Of a stretch of 32,000 nt of DNA, positions 1 through 10,502 are shown in pieces. Below the pieces are notes generated by a model. That model did no database searches and was not told the DNA's origin. It saw nothing but the letters and a program-made list of their open reading frames with translations. Position 1 is the first letter of the stretch, and each line of letters starts with the position of its first letter. The position numbers and the translations under genes are program-made. Where the stretch lies: sequence record KC012944.1; one strand, given 5' to 3'.

Positions 1-20
1 TCCTCTTTGTTGTAAAATGG

Positions 21-49
21 TTGACACTTCCTTAATCTTTGATTAAAAT
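21..49 (+). promoter_or_regulatory. bacterial/PEP-type promoter candidate upstream of clpC (TTGACA-17 nt-TAAAAT)
   Basis: TTGACA at 21-26, 17-nt spacer, TAAAAT at 44-49. Perfect -35, 5/6 -10, optimal spacing, about 70 nt upstream of the first ATG of the clpC ORF. Chance matches are possible in AT-rich DNA. Confidence 0.45.
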
Positions 50-120
50 ATTTTACAGTTAAGAATCTAAATAAATGTCACTTTAAAAATTTGAAACTAC
101 TATCAAAAAATAAACCCATC

Positions 121-1470
121 ATGGGAAAACATATACAGTTTCGACAACTAAACTTAAAAAAGTTGTCTTATACTTATAATTGTAATGAAGCGATTACAAT
201 TGTTAAAGAAAAAAAAGTTTTAACAAATACAAATAATTTTATATCACTTATACTTACTTTTGATATGGCTGTTGACGAAAATAAACAAAATATAGATAGC
301 CAAGAAATACAATCTACAACTAACGATGATGATCTACTTTATACCGTTGCCGGTAAACTAGTAGTTACAGCGTCTGATGTTGCTGAGGTTGTAGCACTAT
401 GGACAGGTTTGCCAGCAACAAATTTGACGCGTGATCAAGCAGAACGTTTTCTTCATCTTGAGCAAGATTTAGGTAATCATATTATTGGTCAAGAACGTGC
501 TTTAGCTGTTGTTGCTAAATCTTTACGTCGTTATGCTGCAGGATTAAGAAACCCTAAAAGGCCTATTGGAAGTTTTTTACTTTGTGGTCCCACAGGTGTA
601 GGAAAGACTGAGTTAACCAAACAATTAGCTGAAAACTTATTTGGTTCTCAAAAAGCTTTAATACGTTTAGATATGTCCGAGTACATGGAAAAACATACAG
701 TTGCGCGTCTAATTGGATCTCCTCCTGGTTATGTTGGATTTGAAGAAGGTGGGCAACTTACTGATGCAGTTCGAAGTCGACCTTATTGTATTGTTCTTTT
801 TGATGAAATTGAAAAAGCACATCCAGATGTTTACAACGTATTATTACAAATATTAGATGATGGTATTCTATCGGACTCAACTGGTAGAACAGTTTCGTTT
901 CAAAATACCTTAATCATGCTAACTTCAAATTTAGGATCACAAACAATTTTAGAATTTTGTGCACAAAAACCAACTCGAACACCAGATGAAGAGTCTATGC
1001 TTAAAAAGCTAGTAACACAAACCTTGGGTTCAAAATTCAGACCTGAATTTTTAAATCGTTTAGATGATGTCGTAATTTTTCATCCGTTATCACGAGATCA
1101 TATAAGTGCAATAGCATTTTTATTACTAGATGAAGTTGATGAACGACTTGCTCGAAAAGGATTCCATCTTTTAGTTACAAGCCGATTATTAACCACAATT
1201 CGTCAAGAAGGTTTTAACTCTATGTACGGTGCAAGACCGTTACGTCGTGCTATAAGCAAATGGGTTGAAGATCCTATTGCTGAAAAACTATTACACATAG
1301 AAGATGAAATCGAATTTGGTAGTAGTCTTCTTGTAGATGTAGAAGGAAATGACCCTGGTATTCCGCAAGTTTTGGTGTTACCACCTGGTTTGCGAGAAGA
1401 GATTCAAACTCGTAATAAAAGCGGGATAGTAACTTCAAAACAATCTCTAACGGCAGTTACAAATAAATAA
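121..1470 (+). CDS. clpC: ClpC/Hsp100 AAA+ chaperone, second ATPase domain (D2) only
   Basis: Contains Walker A GPTGVGKTE, Walker B IVLFDEIEKAH and sensor-2 GARPLRRA, and aligns with the D1-D2 linker plus D2 of ClpC. The ORF is open from a TTG at 91. ATG candidates lie at 121 and 265; 265 (MAVDENKQ) sits at the linker boundary. Stops occur in all three frames within 1-90. Confidence 0.9.
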   Translation: MGKHIQFRQLNLKKLSYTYNCNEAITIVKEKKVLTNTNNFISLILTFDMAVDENKQNIDSQEIQSTTNDDDLLYTVAGKLVVTASDVAEVVALWTGLPATNLTRDQAERFLHLEQDLGNHIIGQERALAVVAKSLRRYAAGLRNPKRPIGSFLLCGPTGVGKTELTKQLAENLFGSQKALIRLDMSEYMEKHTVARLIGSPPGYVGFEEGGQLTDAVRSRPYCIVLFDEIEKAHPDVYNVLLQILDDGILSDSTGRTVSFQNTLIMLTSNLGSQTILEFCAQKPTRTPDEESMLKKLVTQTLGSKFRPEFLNRLDDVVIFHPLSRDHISAIAFLLLDEVDERLARKGFHLLVTSRLLTTIRQEGFNSMYGARPLRRAISKWVEDPIAEKLLHIEDEIEFGSSLLVDVEGNDPGIPQVLVLPPGLREEIQTRNKSGIVTSKQSLTAVTNK

Positions 1471-1512
1471 TTATCTTTCTTGGTTTTCCCTGGGGTATTT
1501 TCCCCCTTTAAA

Positions 1513-2001
1513 ATGATTGCTATGATCAAACCTCGTTTTGTCCTTTCTATTTTGCTTACTCTTTTACCAGCACTACCTTCTGTTGCTATCGAATTAGACG
1601 AAGCAACACGTACTGTTCGTTCAGATGTAAAAGGTACACAAATAACATTAACACCAGAACAAGTAAAAAGAGGTAAACGTCTCTTTAACTCATCTTGTGG
1701 TGTTTGTCATGTTGGTGGTTTAACAAAAACAAACCCAAATGTTGGTTTAGACCCTGAGTCACTTAGTCTTGCTACTCCTCCACGTGATAATGTTGAATCA
1801 TTGGTAAATTATATGAAAAATCCCACAACTTACGATGGTTTAGAATCAATTGCAGAGATTCATCCAAGTATTAAAAGTGCTGACATTTTTCCAAAAATGA
1901 GATCACTTAGCGAAGAAGATCTTGAAGCTATTGCAGGTCATATTTTAATCCAACCCAAAGTTGTTTCAGAAAAATGGGGTGGTGGTAAAATTTATTATTA
2001 A
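1513..2001 (+). CDS. psbV: photosystem II cytochrome c550
   Basis: Signal peptide followed by ELDEATRTV, heme motif [20 protein letters not shown] at 1513 chosen over the upstream TTG at 1480. Confidence 0.95.
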   Translation: MIAMIKPRFVLSILLTLLPALPSVAIELDEATRTVRSDVKGTQITLTPEQVKRGKRLFNSSCGVCHVGGLTKTNPNVGLDPESLSLATPPRDNVESLVNYMKNPTTYDGLESIAEIHPSIKSADIFPKMRSLSEEDLEAIAGHILIQPKVVSEKWGGGKIYY

Positions 2002-2030
2002 TGTTTTTTGTTAATTTTTCAGGAGAGATC

Positions 2031-2366
2031 ATGAAATCATTTACTTTAAGAATCCTTTCTCTTAGTCTTTGTCTTCCTTTTTTAATGTCAACTGTTTCGG
2101 TTGCTGCAGACATTGAGAATGGTGAGCGTATATTTAGTGCAAACTGTTCAGCATGCCATGCTGGAGGTAATAATGTTATTATTCCAGAAAAAACTTTAAA
2201 AAAAGATGCTTTAGAAGCTAATGGAATGAACAGTGTAGACAAAATTACTTATCAAGTTACAAATGGTAAGAATGCTATGCCTGCTTTTGGTGGTAGATTA
2301 GACGATAGCGATATTGAAGATGTTGCAAATTACGTATTATCACAATCAGAAAAGGGTTGGGACTAA
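2031..2366 (+). CDS. petJ: cytochrome c6 (c553)
   Basis: Signal peptide [16 protein letters not shown], then [18 protein letters not shown] and [16 protein letters not shown] Shine-Dalgarno lies just upstream of the ATG at 2031. The ORF track start at 2001 overlaps the psbV stop and is less likely. Confidence 0.93.
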   Translation: MKSFTLRILSLSLCLPFLMSTVSVAADIENGERIFSANCSACHAGGNNVIIPEKTLKKDALEANGMNSVDKITYQVTNGKNAMPAFGGRLDDSDIEDVANYVLSQSEKGWD

Positions 2367-2458
2367 ATTAATTTAACGCAAAATTTAAAATAAGTACAAA
2401 AGGTTAAATACGAAAATTCCTTCCCCTTCTGGGATCGTGAGGGAGTATTTCATTGCTT

Positions 2459-2483
2459 GTGAAACTTGATTTTATAGTTTCAC
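2459..2483 (+). other. 8-bp stem-loop in petJ-psaA spacer (gtgaaact/agtttcac)
   Basis: Inverted repeat read directly: 2459-2466 pairs with 2476-2483 around a 9-nt loop. Could be a petJ 3' end or psaA leader element. Confidence 0.3.
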
Positions 2484-2523
2484 ATTTTTAACCATTTTCT
2501 TTTGATTTTATTCACAAACGAAC

Positions 2524-4761
2524 ATGAGTACAACTCGAAAGTCCACAATTGTGGATTTCAATCCCGTAGAAACAAGCTTTGAGAAGTGGGCCAAACCTGG
2601 TCAATTCTCTCGAACGCTAGCAAAAGGACCAAAAACAACAACTTGGATTTGGAATCTTCACGCTGACGCTCATGACTTTGATATTCAAACAAATTCATTA
2701 CAAGAGGTATCAAGGAAAATTTTTAGTGCCCACTTTGGACAACTAGCTGTAATATTCCTTTGGTTAAGTGGTATGCACTTCCATGGTGCATACTTTTCTA
2801 ATTACTCGGCATGGTTAACTAATCCAACATCAACTAAACCTAGTGCTCAAATTGTATGGCCTATTGTAGGACAAGAAGTACTAAATGCAGATGTTGGTGG
2901 AAATTTCCAAGGTATTCAAATTACTTCTGGATTCTTCCAACTATGGCGTGCTGAAGGTATTACTAGTGAAGTTGAACTTTATTGGACAGCTATAGGTGGT
3001 TTAGTAGCATCATTTTTAATGTTGTTCGCAGGTTGGTTTCATTATCATAAGGCTGCGCCTAAGCTTGAATGGTTCCAAAATGTTGAATCTATGTTAAATC
3101 ATCATTTAGCTGGTTTATTAGGTTTAGGTTCATTATCTTGGGCAGGGCATCAAATTCATGTGGCATTACCTATAAACAAATTACTTGATTTAGGTGTAAG
3201 TCCTGAAGAAATCCCTTTACCATATGAATTTATCCTAAATCGTGATCTAATTGCTCAGTTATATCCAAGTTTCAATAAAGGTTTAACACCTTTCTTTACT
3301 TTAAATTGGGGTGAATACTCAGATTTTCTTACGTTTAAAGGTGGATTAAACCCTGTTACTGGTGGATTATGGTTAACAGATACAGCACATCACCATTTAG
3401 CTATTGCAGTATTATTTATTGTTGCTGGGCACATGTATAAAACTAATTGGTTTTTAGGCCATAGTATAAAAACTATCCTTGAAGCTCATAAAGGCCCATT
3501 TACTGGTGAAGGTCATAAAGGTTTATACGAAATCTTAACAACATCTTGGCATGCACAATTAGCTATTAACTTAGCATTATTTGGGTCATTAAGTATTATT
3601 GTTGCTCACCACATGTATGCAATGCCACCATATCCTTATATTGCAATTGACTATCCAACACAACTTTCGTTATTTACTCATCATGTGTGGATTGGTGGTT
3701 TTTGCATTGTTGGCGGTGCAGCTCACGGTGCAATCTTTTTTGTTAGAGATTATAACGCCGCGAATAACTACAATAACTTAGTAGATCGTGTAATTCGTCA
3801 TAGAGATGCAATTATTTCACATTTAAACTGGGTATGTATATTTTTAGGTTGTCATTCATTTGGACTATATGTACATAATGACACAATGCGTGCATTAGGT
3901 AGATCACAAGATTTATTTTCAGATAATGCAATTGCATTGAAACCTATTTTTGCACAATTTATTCAGAACTTACATACTTTAGCTCCTGGTAGCACTGCTC
4001 CAAATGCATTAACTACTGTAAGTTATGCTTTTGGTGGAGATGTTATTAGTGTTGGATCTAAAATTGCTATGATGCCTATTAGTTTAGGGACAGCTGATTT
4101 CTTAGTCCATCACATCCATGCATTTACAATTCATGTAACTGTTTTAATTTTATTAAAAGGTGTTCTTTATTCAAGAAACTCTCGTTTAATCCCAGATAAG
4201 GCAAATTTAGGATTTAGATTTCCTTGTGACGGACCAGGACGTGGAGGTACATGTCAAGTTTCTGCATGGGACCATGTGTTCCTTGGCTTATTCTGGATGT
4301 ATAACTCAATTTCAATAGTAATTTTCCATTTTAGTTGGAAAATGCAATCTGATGTTTGGGGTACAGTATCTCCTACAGGAGCAGTATCACATATCACTGG
4401 TGGAAACTTTGCACAAAGTTCTATTACAATCAACGGTTGGCTTAGAGATTTCTTATGGTCACAAGCAGCACAAGTGGTACAATCTTATGGATCATCACTT
4501 TCTGCATATGGTTTAATATTCTTAGGGGCTCACTTTATTTGGGCTTTCAGTTTAATGTTCTTATTTAGTGGACGTGGTTACTGGCAAGAACTTATTGAAT
4601 CTATTGTTTGGGCTCATAATAAATTAAAAGTTGCGCCGTCAATTCAACCACGTGCACTGAGTATTACTCAAGGACGTGCTGTAGGGCTTGCGCATTATTT
4701 ATTAGGTGGTATTGGTACTACTTGGGCATTCTTCCTGGCAAGGATCATTTCTGTAGGCTAA
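2524..4761 (+). CDS. psaA: photosystem I P700 apoprotein A1
   Basis: 745 aa with the full-length PsaA signature, including [12 protein letters not shown] (Fx cluster ligands). Confidence 0.99.
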   Translation: MSTTRKSTIVDFNPVETSFEKWAKPGQFSRTLAKGPKTTTWIWNLHADAHDFDIQTNSLQEVSRKIFSAHFGQLAVIFLWLSGMHFHGAYFSNYSAWLTNPTSTKPSAQIVWPIVGQEVLNADVGGNFQGIQITSGFFQLWRAEGITSEVELYWTAIGGLVASFLMLFAGWFHYHKAAPKLEWFQNVESMLNHHLAGLLGLGSLSWAGHQIHVALPINKLLDLGVSPEEIPLPYEFILNRDLIAQLYPSFNKGLTPFFTLNWGEYSDFLTFKGGLNPVTGGLWLTDTAHHHLAIAVLFIVAGHMYKTNWFLGHSIKTILEAHKGPFTGEGHKGLYEILTTSWHAQLAINLALFGSLSIIVAHHMYAMPPYPYIAIDYPTQLSLFTHHVWIGGFCIVGGAAHGAIFFVRDYNAANNYNNLVDRVIRHRDAIISHLNWVCIFLGCHSFGLYVHNDTMRALGRSQDLFSDNAIALKPIFAQFIQNLHTLAPGSTAPNALTTVSYAFGGDVISVGSKIAMMPISLGTADFLVHHIHAFTIHVTVLILLKGVLYSRNSRLIPDKANLGFRFPCDGPGRGGTCQVSAWDHVFLGLFWMYNSISIVIFHFSWKMQSDVWGTVSPTGAVSHITGGNFAQSSITINGWLRDFLWSQAAQVVQSYGSSLSAYGLIFLGAHFIWAFSLMFLFSGRGYWQELIESIVWAHNKLKVAPSIQPRALSITQGRAVGLAHYLLGGIGTTWAFFLARIISVG

Positions 4762-4783
4762 TGTAGAAAAGGAGAAAAAATAC

Positions 4784-6997
4784 ATGGTATACAAATTTCC
4801 AAAGTTTAGTAAAGCACTAGCTGAAGATCCCTCAACAAGACGTATTTGGTATGGTATTGCAACAGCGCATGACTTTGAAAGTCACGATGCTATGACAGAG
4901 TCAAAACTATATCAAAAAATATTTGCATCACATTTCGGTCACATTGCCATTATTTTCTTATGGACAGCTGGAAATTTATTCCATGTTGCTTGGCAAGGTA
5001 ACTTTGAAGCTTGGATTCTTAATCCACTTAAAGTTAGACCAATTGCGCATGCAATTTGGGATCCTCATTTTGGACAAGCTGCTTATAAAGCTTTCTTAAA
5101 AACTTCAAGTCCTGCTAATTTAGCATTATCAGGTGTCTACGAATGGTGGTACACAATTGGTATGAGAACAAATAATGATCTTTATCAAGGATCATTTTTC
5201 TTAATTTTACTATCAAGTTTATTACTCTTCGCTGGTTGGTTACATCTTCAACCTTCATTTAGACCAAGTCTAGATTGGTTTAAAGCTAATGAATATCGAT
5301 TAAATCATCACTTATCTGGTTTATTTGGTGTTAGTTCATTAGCTTGGACAGGCCATTTAGTTCATGTAGCGATCCCTGAATCAAGAGGTATACATGTAGG
5401 TTGGGATAACTTTTTAACGGTTTTACCACATCCAGAAGGTTTAACACCTTTCTTTTCTGGTAATTGGAAAGCATATGCTCAAAATCCAGATACTGTTTCT
5501 CATATTTTTGGCTCTAATGAAGGTTCGGGTACAGCTATCTTAACATTCCTTGGTGGTTTTCACCCGCAAACTAAATCGTTATGGTTAACAGATATGGCTC
5601 ATCACCATTTAGCAATTGCTGTTTTATTCATAGTTGCTGGACATATGTATAGAACTAATTGGTTAATAGGCCATCAAATGAAACTGATTTTAGAAGCTCA
5701 CCGTCCACCTGGAGGTAGACTTGGAATTGGTCACATTGGTCTTTATGAGACTATTACAAATTCTTTACATTTCCAATTAGGTTTAGCTCTTGCGGCATTA
5801 GGAGTAGCAACATCGTTAACAGCACAACATATGTATGCTCTGCCACCTTATGCATTTTTAGCATCGAATTTTCCAACACAAGCTGCTTTATACACACACC
5901 ATCAATATATTGCTGGGTTCCTTATGGTTGGTGCTTTTGCACATGGAGCAATCTTTTTTGTACGTGATTATGATCCAGCGGTAAATACAAGAAATGGGGA
6001 AAAAAACGTACTTGCTAGAATGTTAGAACACAAAGAGGCAATTATTTCTCATTTAAGTTGGGTAAGTTTGTTCTTAGGTTTCCATACTTTAGGAATTTAT
6101 GTTCATAACGATGTAGTAGTGGCTTTTGGTCAACCAGAAAAACAAATTCTTGTTGAACCTTTATTTGCAGAATGGATTCAAGCAGCGTCAGGAAAAACAC
6201 TGTACAATTTTGACTTATTATTAGCCTCAAGTACTAGTTCAGCTAGTGTTGCTAGTAGTCAACTTTGGTTACCTGGTTGGTTAAGTGCAATTAATGACGG
6301 TAAAAACTCATTATTCCTACCTATTGGGCCTGGTGATTTCTTAGTTCATCATGCTATCGCCTTAGGTCTTCATACTACAACGTTAATTCTTGTGAAAGGA
6401 GCTTTAGATGCTCGTGGATCAAAACTAATGCCAGATAAAAAAGATTTTGGTTATAGTTTCCCTTGTGATGGACCAGGACGTGGAGGTACATGTGATATTT
6501 CTGCCTGGGACGCTTTTTATCTTGCAATGTTTTGGATGTTAAATACTATAGGCTGGGTTACATTCTACTGGCATTGGAAACATTTAACATTATGGCAGGG
6601 TAATCAGGTTCAGTTTAATGAGTCTTCAAACTACATTATGGGTTGGTTAAGAGATTATTTATGGCTTAACTCTTCACCTCTAATCAATGGTTATAACCCA
6701 TTTGGTATGAACTCACTTTCTGTATGGGCTTGGATGTTCTTGTTTGGTCACTTAGTATGGGCAACGGGATTCATGTTCTTAATTTCTTGGCGAGGATATT
6801 GGCAAGAATTAATTGAAACAATTGTTTGGGCTCATGAACGTACACCGTTAGCAAACCTTGTACGTTGGAAAGACAAACCAGTAGCATTATCAATTGTTCA
6901 AGCTAGACTTGTTGGTTTAGCGCATTTTACAATTGGTTATGTTTTAACTTATGCAGCCTTTGTTATTGCTTCAACAATAGGTAAATTAGGTTATTAA
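4784..6997 (+). CDS. psaB: photosystem I P700 apoprotein A2
   Basis: 737 aa with the PsaB signature [22 protein letters not shown] Shine-Dalgarno upstream. Confidence 0.99.
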   Translation: MVYKFPKFSKALAEDPSTRRIWYGIATAHDFESHDAMTESKLYQKIFASHFGHIAIIFLWTAGNLFHVAWQGNFEAWILNPLKVRPIAHAIWDPHFGQAAYKAFLKTSSPANLALSGVYEWWYTIGMRTNNDLYQGSFFLILLSSLLLFAGWLHLQPSFRPSLDWFKANEYRLNHHLSGLFGVSSLAWTGHLVHVAIPESRGIHVGWDNFLTVLPHPEGLTPFFSGNWKAYAQNPDTVSHIFGSNEGSGTAILTFLGGFHPQTKSLWLTDMAHHHLAIAVLFIVAGHMYRTNWLIGHQMKLILEAHRPPGGRLGIGHIGLYETITNSLHFQLGLALAALGVATSLTAQHMYALPPYAFLASNFPTQAALYTHHQYIAGFLMVGAFAHGAIFFVRDYDPAVNTRNGEKNVLARMLEHKEAIISHLSWVSLFLGFHTLGIYVHNDVVVAFGQPEKQILVEPLFAEWIQAASGKTLYNFDLLLASSTSSASVASSQLWLPGWLSAINDGKNSLFLPIGPGDFLVHHAIALGLHTTTLILVKGALDARGSKLMPDKKDFGYSFPCDGPGRGGTCDISAWDAFYLAMFWMLNTIGWVTFYWHWKHLTLWQGNQVQFNESSNYIMGWLRDYLWLNSSPLINGYNPFGMNSLSVWAWMFLFGHLVWATGFMFLISWRGYWQELIETIVWAHERTPLANLVRWKDKPVALSIVQARLVGLAHFTIGYVLTYAAFVIASTIGKLGY

Positions 6998-7034
6998 GTT
7001 AAATCAAGGAACTTTTTAAGTTCCTTGATTTAAC
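6998..7034 (+). terminator. perfect 17-bp stem / 3-nt loop hairpin immediately after the psaB stop
   Basis: gttaaatcaaggaactt (6998-7014) pairs with aagttccttgatttaac (7018-7034). Confidence 0.7.
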
Positions 7035-7071
7035 TTTTAAATATTTATTTTTAAATTAAGGTTATATTTAT

Positions 7072-7374
7072 ATGGCTAAGATAAGCGTCATTAAAAGGCA
7101 AGTTCGACGTGAAAATTTAGTACGTCGATATTCCGCACTTAGATTACAGTTAAAAAATGAATTAAAAAAAGAGACCTCATTTAAAACAAAAATGGAGCTC
7201 GACATGAAATTACAGAAATTACCTAAAGATAGTTCTAAAGTACGTTTAAAAAACCGCTGTTGGAAAACTGGTCGAAGTAAGTCTGTTTTTCGTGATTTTG
7301 GACTTTGTAGAAATGTTGTTCGCGAGATGGCAAATCAGGGTCTTTTACCTGGTGTAGTTAAATCTAGCTGGTAA
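7072..7374 (+). CDS. rps14: 30S ribosomal protein S14
   Basis: 100 aa ending in [28 protein letters not shown]. Conserved psaA-psaB-rps14 linkage. Confidence 0.95.
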   Translation: MAKISVIKRQVRRENLVRRYSALRLQLKNELKKETSFKTKMELDMKLQKLPKDSSKVRLKNRCWKTGRSKSVFRDFGLCRNVVREMANQGLLPGVVKSSW

Positions 7375-7391
7375 AAAATAAAAAGACAGCA

Positions 7392-7423
7392 CTCCTACAG
7401 GGAAATCATTTAATCCCTGGGAG
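7392..7423. terminator. imperfect GC-containing hairpin between convergent rps14 and petG
   Basis: ctcc(ta)caggga ... tccctgggag with a 10-nt loop. Confidence 0.5.
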
Positions 7424-7441
7424 GCTGATATAATTTTGGAC

Positions 7442-7546
7442 TTAAGCTTGACCTCGTCTATACTGAAAGTAAGCAGACACAAATAGGCCTATTAAAGTAA
7501 CAACAATTAGTCCTAAAACAATTCCAAATAATAGAGGTTCAATCAT
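7442..7546 (-). CDS. petG: cytochrome b6f subunit V (PetG)
   Basis: Hand translation of the minus strand gives [34 protein letters not shown] (34 aa), which matches the PetG consensus. Too short for the ORF track. Confidence 0.9.
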   Translation of the reverse strand: MIEPLLFGIVLGLIVVTLIGLFVSAYFQYRRGQA

Positions 7547-7598
7547 AATATAGCTTTATGCATATTTTCAAGAATTCTTTACAACCTTTGGTTTAAAG

Positions 7599-7733
7599 TT
7601 ATCTAAATCCTACTGCTGCTTGCCATACGAAAGCTAATAGTAAAAATAAAACTGGAATTACCGGTAAAATATCAACTATAGGACTGAAAACGGCAAACAC
7701 ATCTGGTAGTTTCGCAAGAAGAATTTCGGGCAT
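7599..7733 (-). CDS. psbK: photosystem II protein K
   Basis: Hand translation gives [44 protein letters not shown] (44 aa), the PsbK precursor consensus. Confidence 0.92.
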   Translation of the reverse strand: MPEILLAKLPDVFAVFSPIVDILPVIPVLFLLLAFVWQAAVGFR

Positions 7734-7991
7734 GGCGAAGAACCTTGTTATTCGACTACAAAGGATTTTGTTTCAACGAATAAAATTTTAATATTAATTT
7801 TTTAGAGATTTTTTTTTTAATTAAACTTAAAACTAAAGCTTTTATAAGATTTTTACTTTTTAAATTTAATTTTACGTAAGATTTATGCTCATTTAATAAA
7901 TATTCTGCTTTTTTAACCATATTTACTTATATGATTAGCACTACAACATTAGTTATTATACACTACTTTCGAGGACTTAGGAGGAATATCT

Positions 7992-8177
7992 ATGGTTAGT
8001 CTTGTCCAATCACTCACTTTATTATTTGTAATTTGTTCTCTTCTTCTTATTATTTTAATTCCAATTTTACTTGCTACAGGTGATGAATCAGGAAATACAA
8101 AAGGAGCGGTTTCAGGCTTAGCTACTTTTTGGGGAAGTTTACTTATCGCAACAAGTATTGCAAATTCATTTTTATAA
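7992..8177 (+). CDS. psbZ: photosystem II protein Z (ycf9)
   Basis: 61 aa with two TM helices and the PsbZ-like pattern (..LLATGDESGN..SGLATFWGSLLIATSIANSFL). AGGAGG Shine-Dalgarno 7 nt upstream. Confidence 0.85.
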   Translation: MVSLVQSLTLLFVICSLLLIILIPILLATGDESGNTKGAVSGLATFWGSLLIATSIANSFL

Positions 8178-8196
8178 ATTATAAAAATTAAATGAA

Positions 8197-8269
8197 AGCT
8201 AGTGAAGGGAATTGAACCCCCAACCTACTGATTACAAATCAGTTGCTCTACCAGTTGAGCTACACCAGC
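8197..8269 (-). tRNA. trnT: tRNA-Thr(UGU)
   Basis: 73-nt cloverleaf folded by hand: acceptor GCTGGTG/CACTAGC, anticodon stem ACTGA/TCAGT, loop TTTGTAA. Confidence 0.85.
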
Positions 8270-8279
8270 AATATCTTAT

Positions 8280-8305
8280 CTCTGCATATTTACTATTATG
8301 CAGAG
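8280..8305 (-). other. 9-bp stem-loop between trnL and trnT
   Basis: ctctgcata (8280-8288) pairs with tatgcagag (8297-8305) around an 8-nt loop. Confidence 0.35.
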
Positions 8306-8354
8306 GTAATGTAAGAATACAAGGATTTTAACTTTATTTATATAGTACATAACC

Positions 8355-8436
8355 TGCGGATGGAGAGACTCGAACTCTCAAGGAATTACCCACTGGATTC
8401 TAAGTCCAGCGCGGCTACCAATTTCGCCACATCCGC
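8355..8436 (-). tRNA. trnL: tRNA-Leu(UAG)
   Basis: 82 nt, acceptor GCGGATG/CATCCGC, anticodon stem CTGGA/TCCAG, loop CTTAGAA, long variable arm. Confidence 0.88.
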
Positions 8437-8629
8437 TATATAAATTGGACTTGAACCTTTGTTTACCACTTTATTAATAAGCTAAGCGTCTTTAGAGGAT
8501 TATCTTAAAAACCTTTTAATTTTACTAGCTTAAAATTTATCTCACTATATTTATATAAAATTTTATTTATTTTATCAAAAAATTAACATATAATTTAATA
8601 TAACGTAATACAAGAAAGGCTTTAAAGAT

Positions 8630-8983
8630 ATGTCTCATTCAATTACTCTTTTTAATGAGTTAAACTTAACAAATAAGCTTCTTATTTTAGTAAATTACTC
8701 GAATCAGGCTAATACTAAGATTCGTATTAGACAATCAGAAATTTTAACAAAGACTAATGATAACTCAGGGTATAAATTAGATCCAAATGGTACTTTAACC
8801 TTTATGGAAAACCATTTAGGAATTTCTAAAAGTAAAGAAAAAACAAAATTATTGAATCAATTTCTTCAAGAAATAAAACAGGTTGATATTAAATCAAAAA
8901 TTAATATTAAAGAGTTACAAAGATCTAAAAACTTAAGTCAATCGAGAATATTAACAACAAAATTAACAAAAATAAGTATTTAA
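8630..8983 (+). CDS. hypothetical protein, lineage-specific ORF (orf117)
   Basis: A 117-codon ORF with an ATG start in very AT-rich DNA, where stops are frequent. K/N/L/S-rich. I recognise no conserved plastid family. Followed by a perfect 19-bp hairpin. Confidence 0.45.
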   Translation: MSHSITLFNELNLTNKLLILVNYSNQANTKIRIRQSEILTKTNDNSGYKLDPNGTLTFMENHLGISKSKEKTKLLNQFLQEIKQVDIKSKINIKELQRSKNLSQSRILTTKLTKISI

Positions 8984-8993
8984 GTTAAAATTA

Positions 8994-9035
8994 TATCTTT
9001 TCAATTTAAAAATAAATTTTTAAATTGAAAAGATA
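8994..9035 (+). terminator. perfect 19-bp stem / 4-nt loop hairpin downstream of orf117
   Basis: tatcttttcaatttaaaaa (8994-9012) pairs with tttttaaattgaaaagata (9017-9035). Confidence 0.7.
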
Positions 9036-9096
9036 CAAGCAAATATTGAAAAAAAAAATAATAATTAAATGTGAATTTTCATCAGGAAAATGAATA

Positions 9097-9169
9097 GCGT
9101 CTTTAGTTCAGTTGGTAGAACGTAGGTCTCCAAAACCTAATGTCGAGGGTTCAAGTCCTTCAAGGCGTG
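9097..9169 (+). tRNA. trnW: tRNA-Trp(CCA)
   Basis: 73 nt, anticodon stem TAGGT/ACCTA, loop CTCCAAA, T-loop TTCAAGT. Confidence 0.88.
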
Positions 9170-9205
9170 TTTTATGTCTAATATAATATCTACTTATAAT
9201 AACTG

Positions 9206-9234
9206 TTTACACTCAAAATATTATTTGATAATAT
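9206..9234 (+). promoter_or_regulatory. promoter candidate for rpl11-rpl1-rpl12 (TTTACA-17 nt-TAATAT)
   Basis: Hexamers read directly. 5/6 and 4/6 matches with a 17-nt spacer, about 85 nt upstream of rpl11. Confidence 0.3.
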
Positions 9235-9319
9235 CAAGTTAAGAAAAATAGTTTTTTATTCACTAATTCAAAATAAAAAGCTTGAATTTTAGAACAAACC
9301 ATTAAAACTTGCGTAAAAA

Positions 9320-9748
9320 ATGCCAAAAAAAATTGTAGCAGTAATTAAGCTTGCGTTAAAAGCTGGTAAAGCAACCCCAGCTCCTCCTGTAGGTCCTGCT
9401 TTAGGGCAGCATGGTGTCAATATAGCATTATTTTGTAAAGACTATAATGCCAGAACTGCAGATAAAGGTGATTTAGTTATTCCAGTTGAAATATCCGTAT
9501 ATGAGGATAGAAGTTTTTCATTTATTTTAAAAACTCCGCCTGCATCAGTTTTGTTGAAAGTCAATTTACAAATAAAAAAAGGATCAGCAAAACCTAACAA
9601 AGTTAAAGTAGGTTCAATTAGTCGTCAAGGCTTAGAAGAAATTGCTCGTATTAAATTACCAGATTTAAACACGGATAATATAGATGCAGCAATAAAAATA
9701 ATAGAAGGAACAGCTAAGAATATGGGAATTACAATCCAAGATTCTTAA
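9320..9748 (+). CDS. rpl11: 50S ribosomal protein L11
   Basis: [26 protein letters not shown] signature, 142 aa. Confidence 0.96.
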   Translation: MPKKIVAVIKLALKAGKATPAPPVGPALGQHGVNIALFCKDYNARTADKGDLVIPVEISVYEDRSFSFILKTPPASVLLKVNLQIKKGSAKPNKVKVGSISRQGLEEIARIKLPDLNTDNIDAAIKIIEGTAKNMGITIQDS

Positions 9749-9759
9749 GGAGAAAATAT

Positions 9760-10446
9760 ATGCAACGCATGTCAAAAAGATTTAAAGAAGTTAAAAATTT
9801 AATTCAGCCCAAATCATACGTTTTAGAGGAAGCTTTAAGTTTACTAAAACAAACTGCAACAGCAAAATTTGTTGAGTCAAGTGAGGTGCACTTTTGTCTA
9901 AATTTAAACCCTAAGTATGCCGATCAACAGCTACGTGCTACCGTTGTTTTACCACATGGAACAGGGCGTAATATAAAAGTTGTAGCCATCACAAGTTCAG
10001 ATAGCTCATTAAAAGCAGCTGATGTAGGTGCAGAACGAATTGGGTCTGATGATTTAATTGAAGCTATTAATGCAGGTTATACAGATTTTGATGTTCTGAT
10101 TGCCGAGCCAGATATGATGCCTAAAATAGCAAAATTAGGACGTGTTTTAGGACCAAAAGGTTTAATGCCATCTCCAAAAGCTGGTACTGTAACTAAAGAT
10201 ATTGTTACTGCTATTCAAGAATTTAAGAGAGGTAAATTAGAATATCGTGTTGATAAAACTGGAATTGTGCATATTAACTTTGGTAAAGTAGACTTTCCAG
10301 TGACTCAGTTACAAGAAAACTTTTCAACCGTTTATAAATCTATTATGCAGAATAAACCTAATGGGGCAAAAGGTAAATATATTAAAAAACTTTATATTTG
10401 CAGTACGATGGGACCATCGATTGAATTAGATTATTCATTATTATAA
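9760..10446 (+). CDS. rpl1: 50S ribosomal protein L1
   Basis: 228 aa with L1 motifs (LGPKGLMPSPKAGTVT). AGGAG Shine-Dalgarno 8 nt upstream of the ATG at 9760. Confidence 0.95.
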   Translation: MQRMSKRFKEVKNLIQPKSYVLEEALSLLKQTATAKFVESSEVHFCLNLNPKYADQQLRATVVLPHGTGRNIKVVAITSSDSSLKAADVGAERIGSDDLIEAINAGYTDFDVLIAEPDMMPKIAKLGRVLGPKGLMPSPKAGTVTKDIVTAIQEFKRGKLEYRVDKTGIVHINFGKVDFPVTQLQENFSTVYKSIMQNKPNGAKGKYIKKLYICSTMGPSIELDYSLL

Positions 10447-10502
10447 AAAATTCAATTTTTATTGCATGCTTATTTCATTCAAAAGTATAAACAAACTTAC
10501 AT

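Noticed and set aside
91-120. TTG at 91 as the clpC start (ORF track), TTG at 1480 for psbV, ATG at 2001 for petJ, TTG at 24783 for rps11 and the ORF-track start at 29924 for rpl29
   Set aside because: In each case a downstream ATG gives an N-terminus that matches the family (a signal peptide or conserved start), avoids gene overlap, or has a Shine-Dalgarno sequence. rps3 is the only gene where a non-ATG start seems unavoidable.
1928-2242. 104-aa minus-strand ORF overlapping the psbV 3' end and petJ
   Set aside because: It lies antisense to two well-supported cytochrome genes, has no recognisable family and no ribosome-binding site. It is a typical shadow ORF.
2421-2446. Small GC-rich patch (ttccccttctgggatcgtgagggag) in the petJ-psaA spacer, considered as a structured RNA or hairpin
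   Set aside because: I could pair only about 4 bp convincingly (ccct/aggg). That is not enough to call a structure without a folding computation.
3599-3781. 60-aa alternate-frame ORF inside psaA; likewise 6042-6230 (minus strand) inside psaB
   Set aside because: Both are embedded in highly conserved photosystem I genes, and their translations are meaningless.
2524-6997. Internal similarity between the two ~2.2-kb genes (shared [28 protein letters not shown] and similar blocks)
   Set aside because: This is the ancient psaA/psaB paralogy, not a recent repeat or mobile element.
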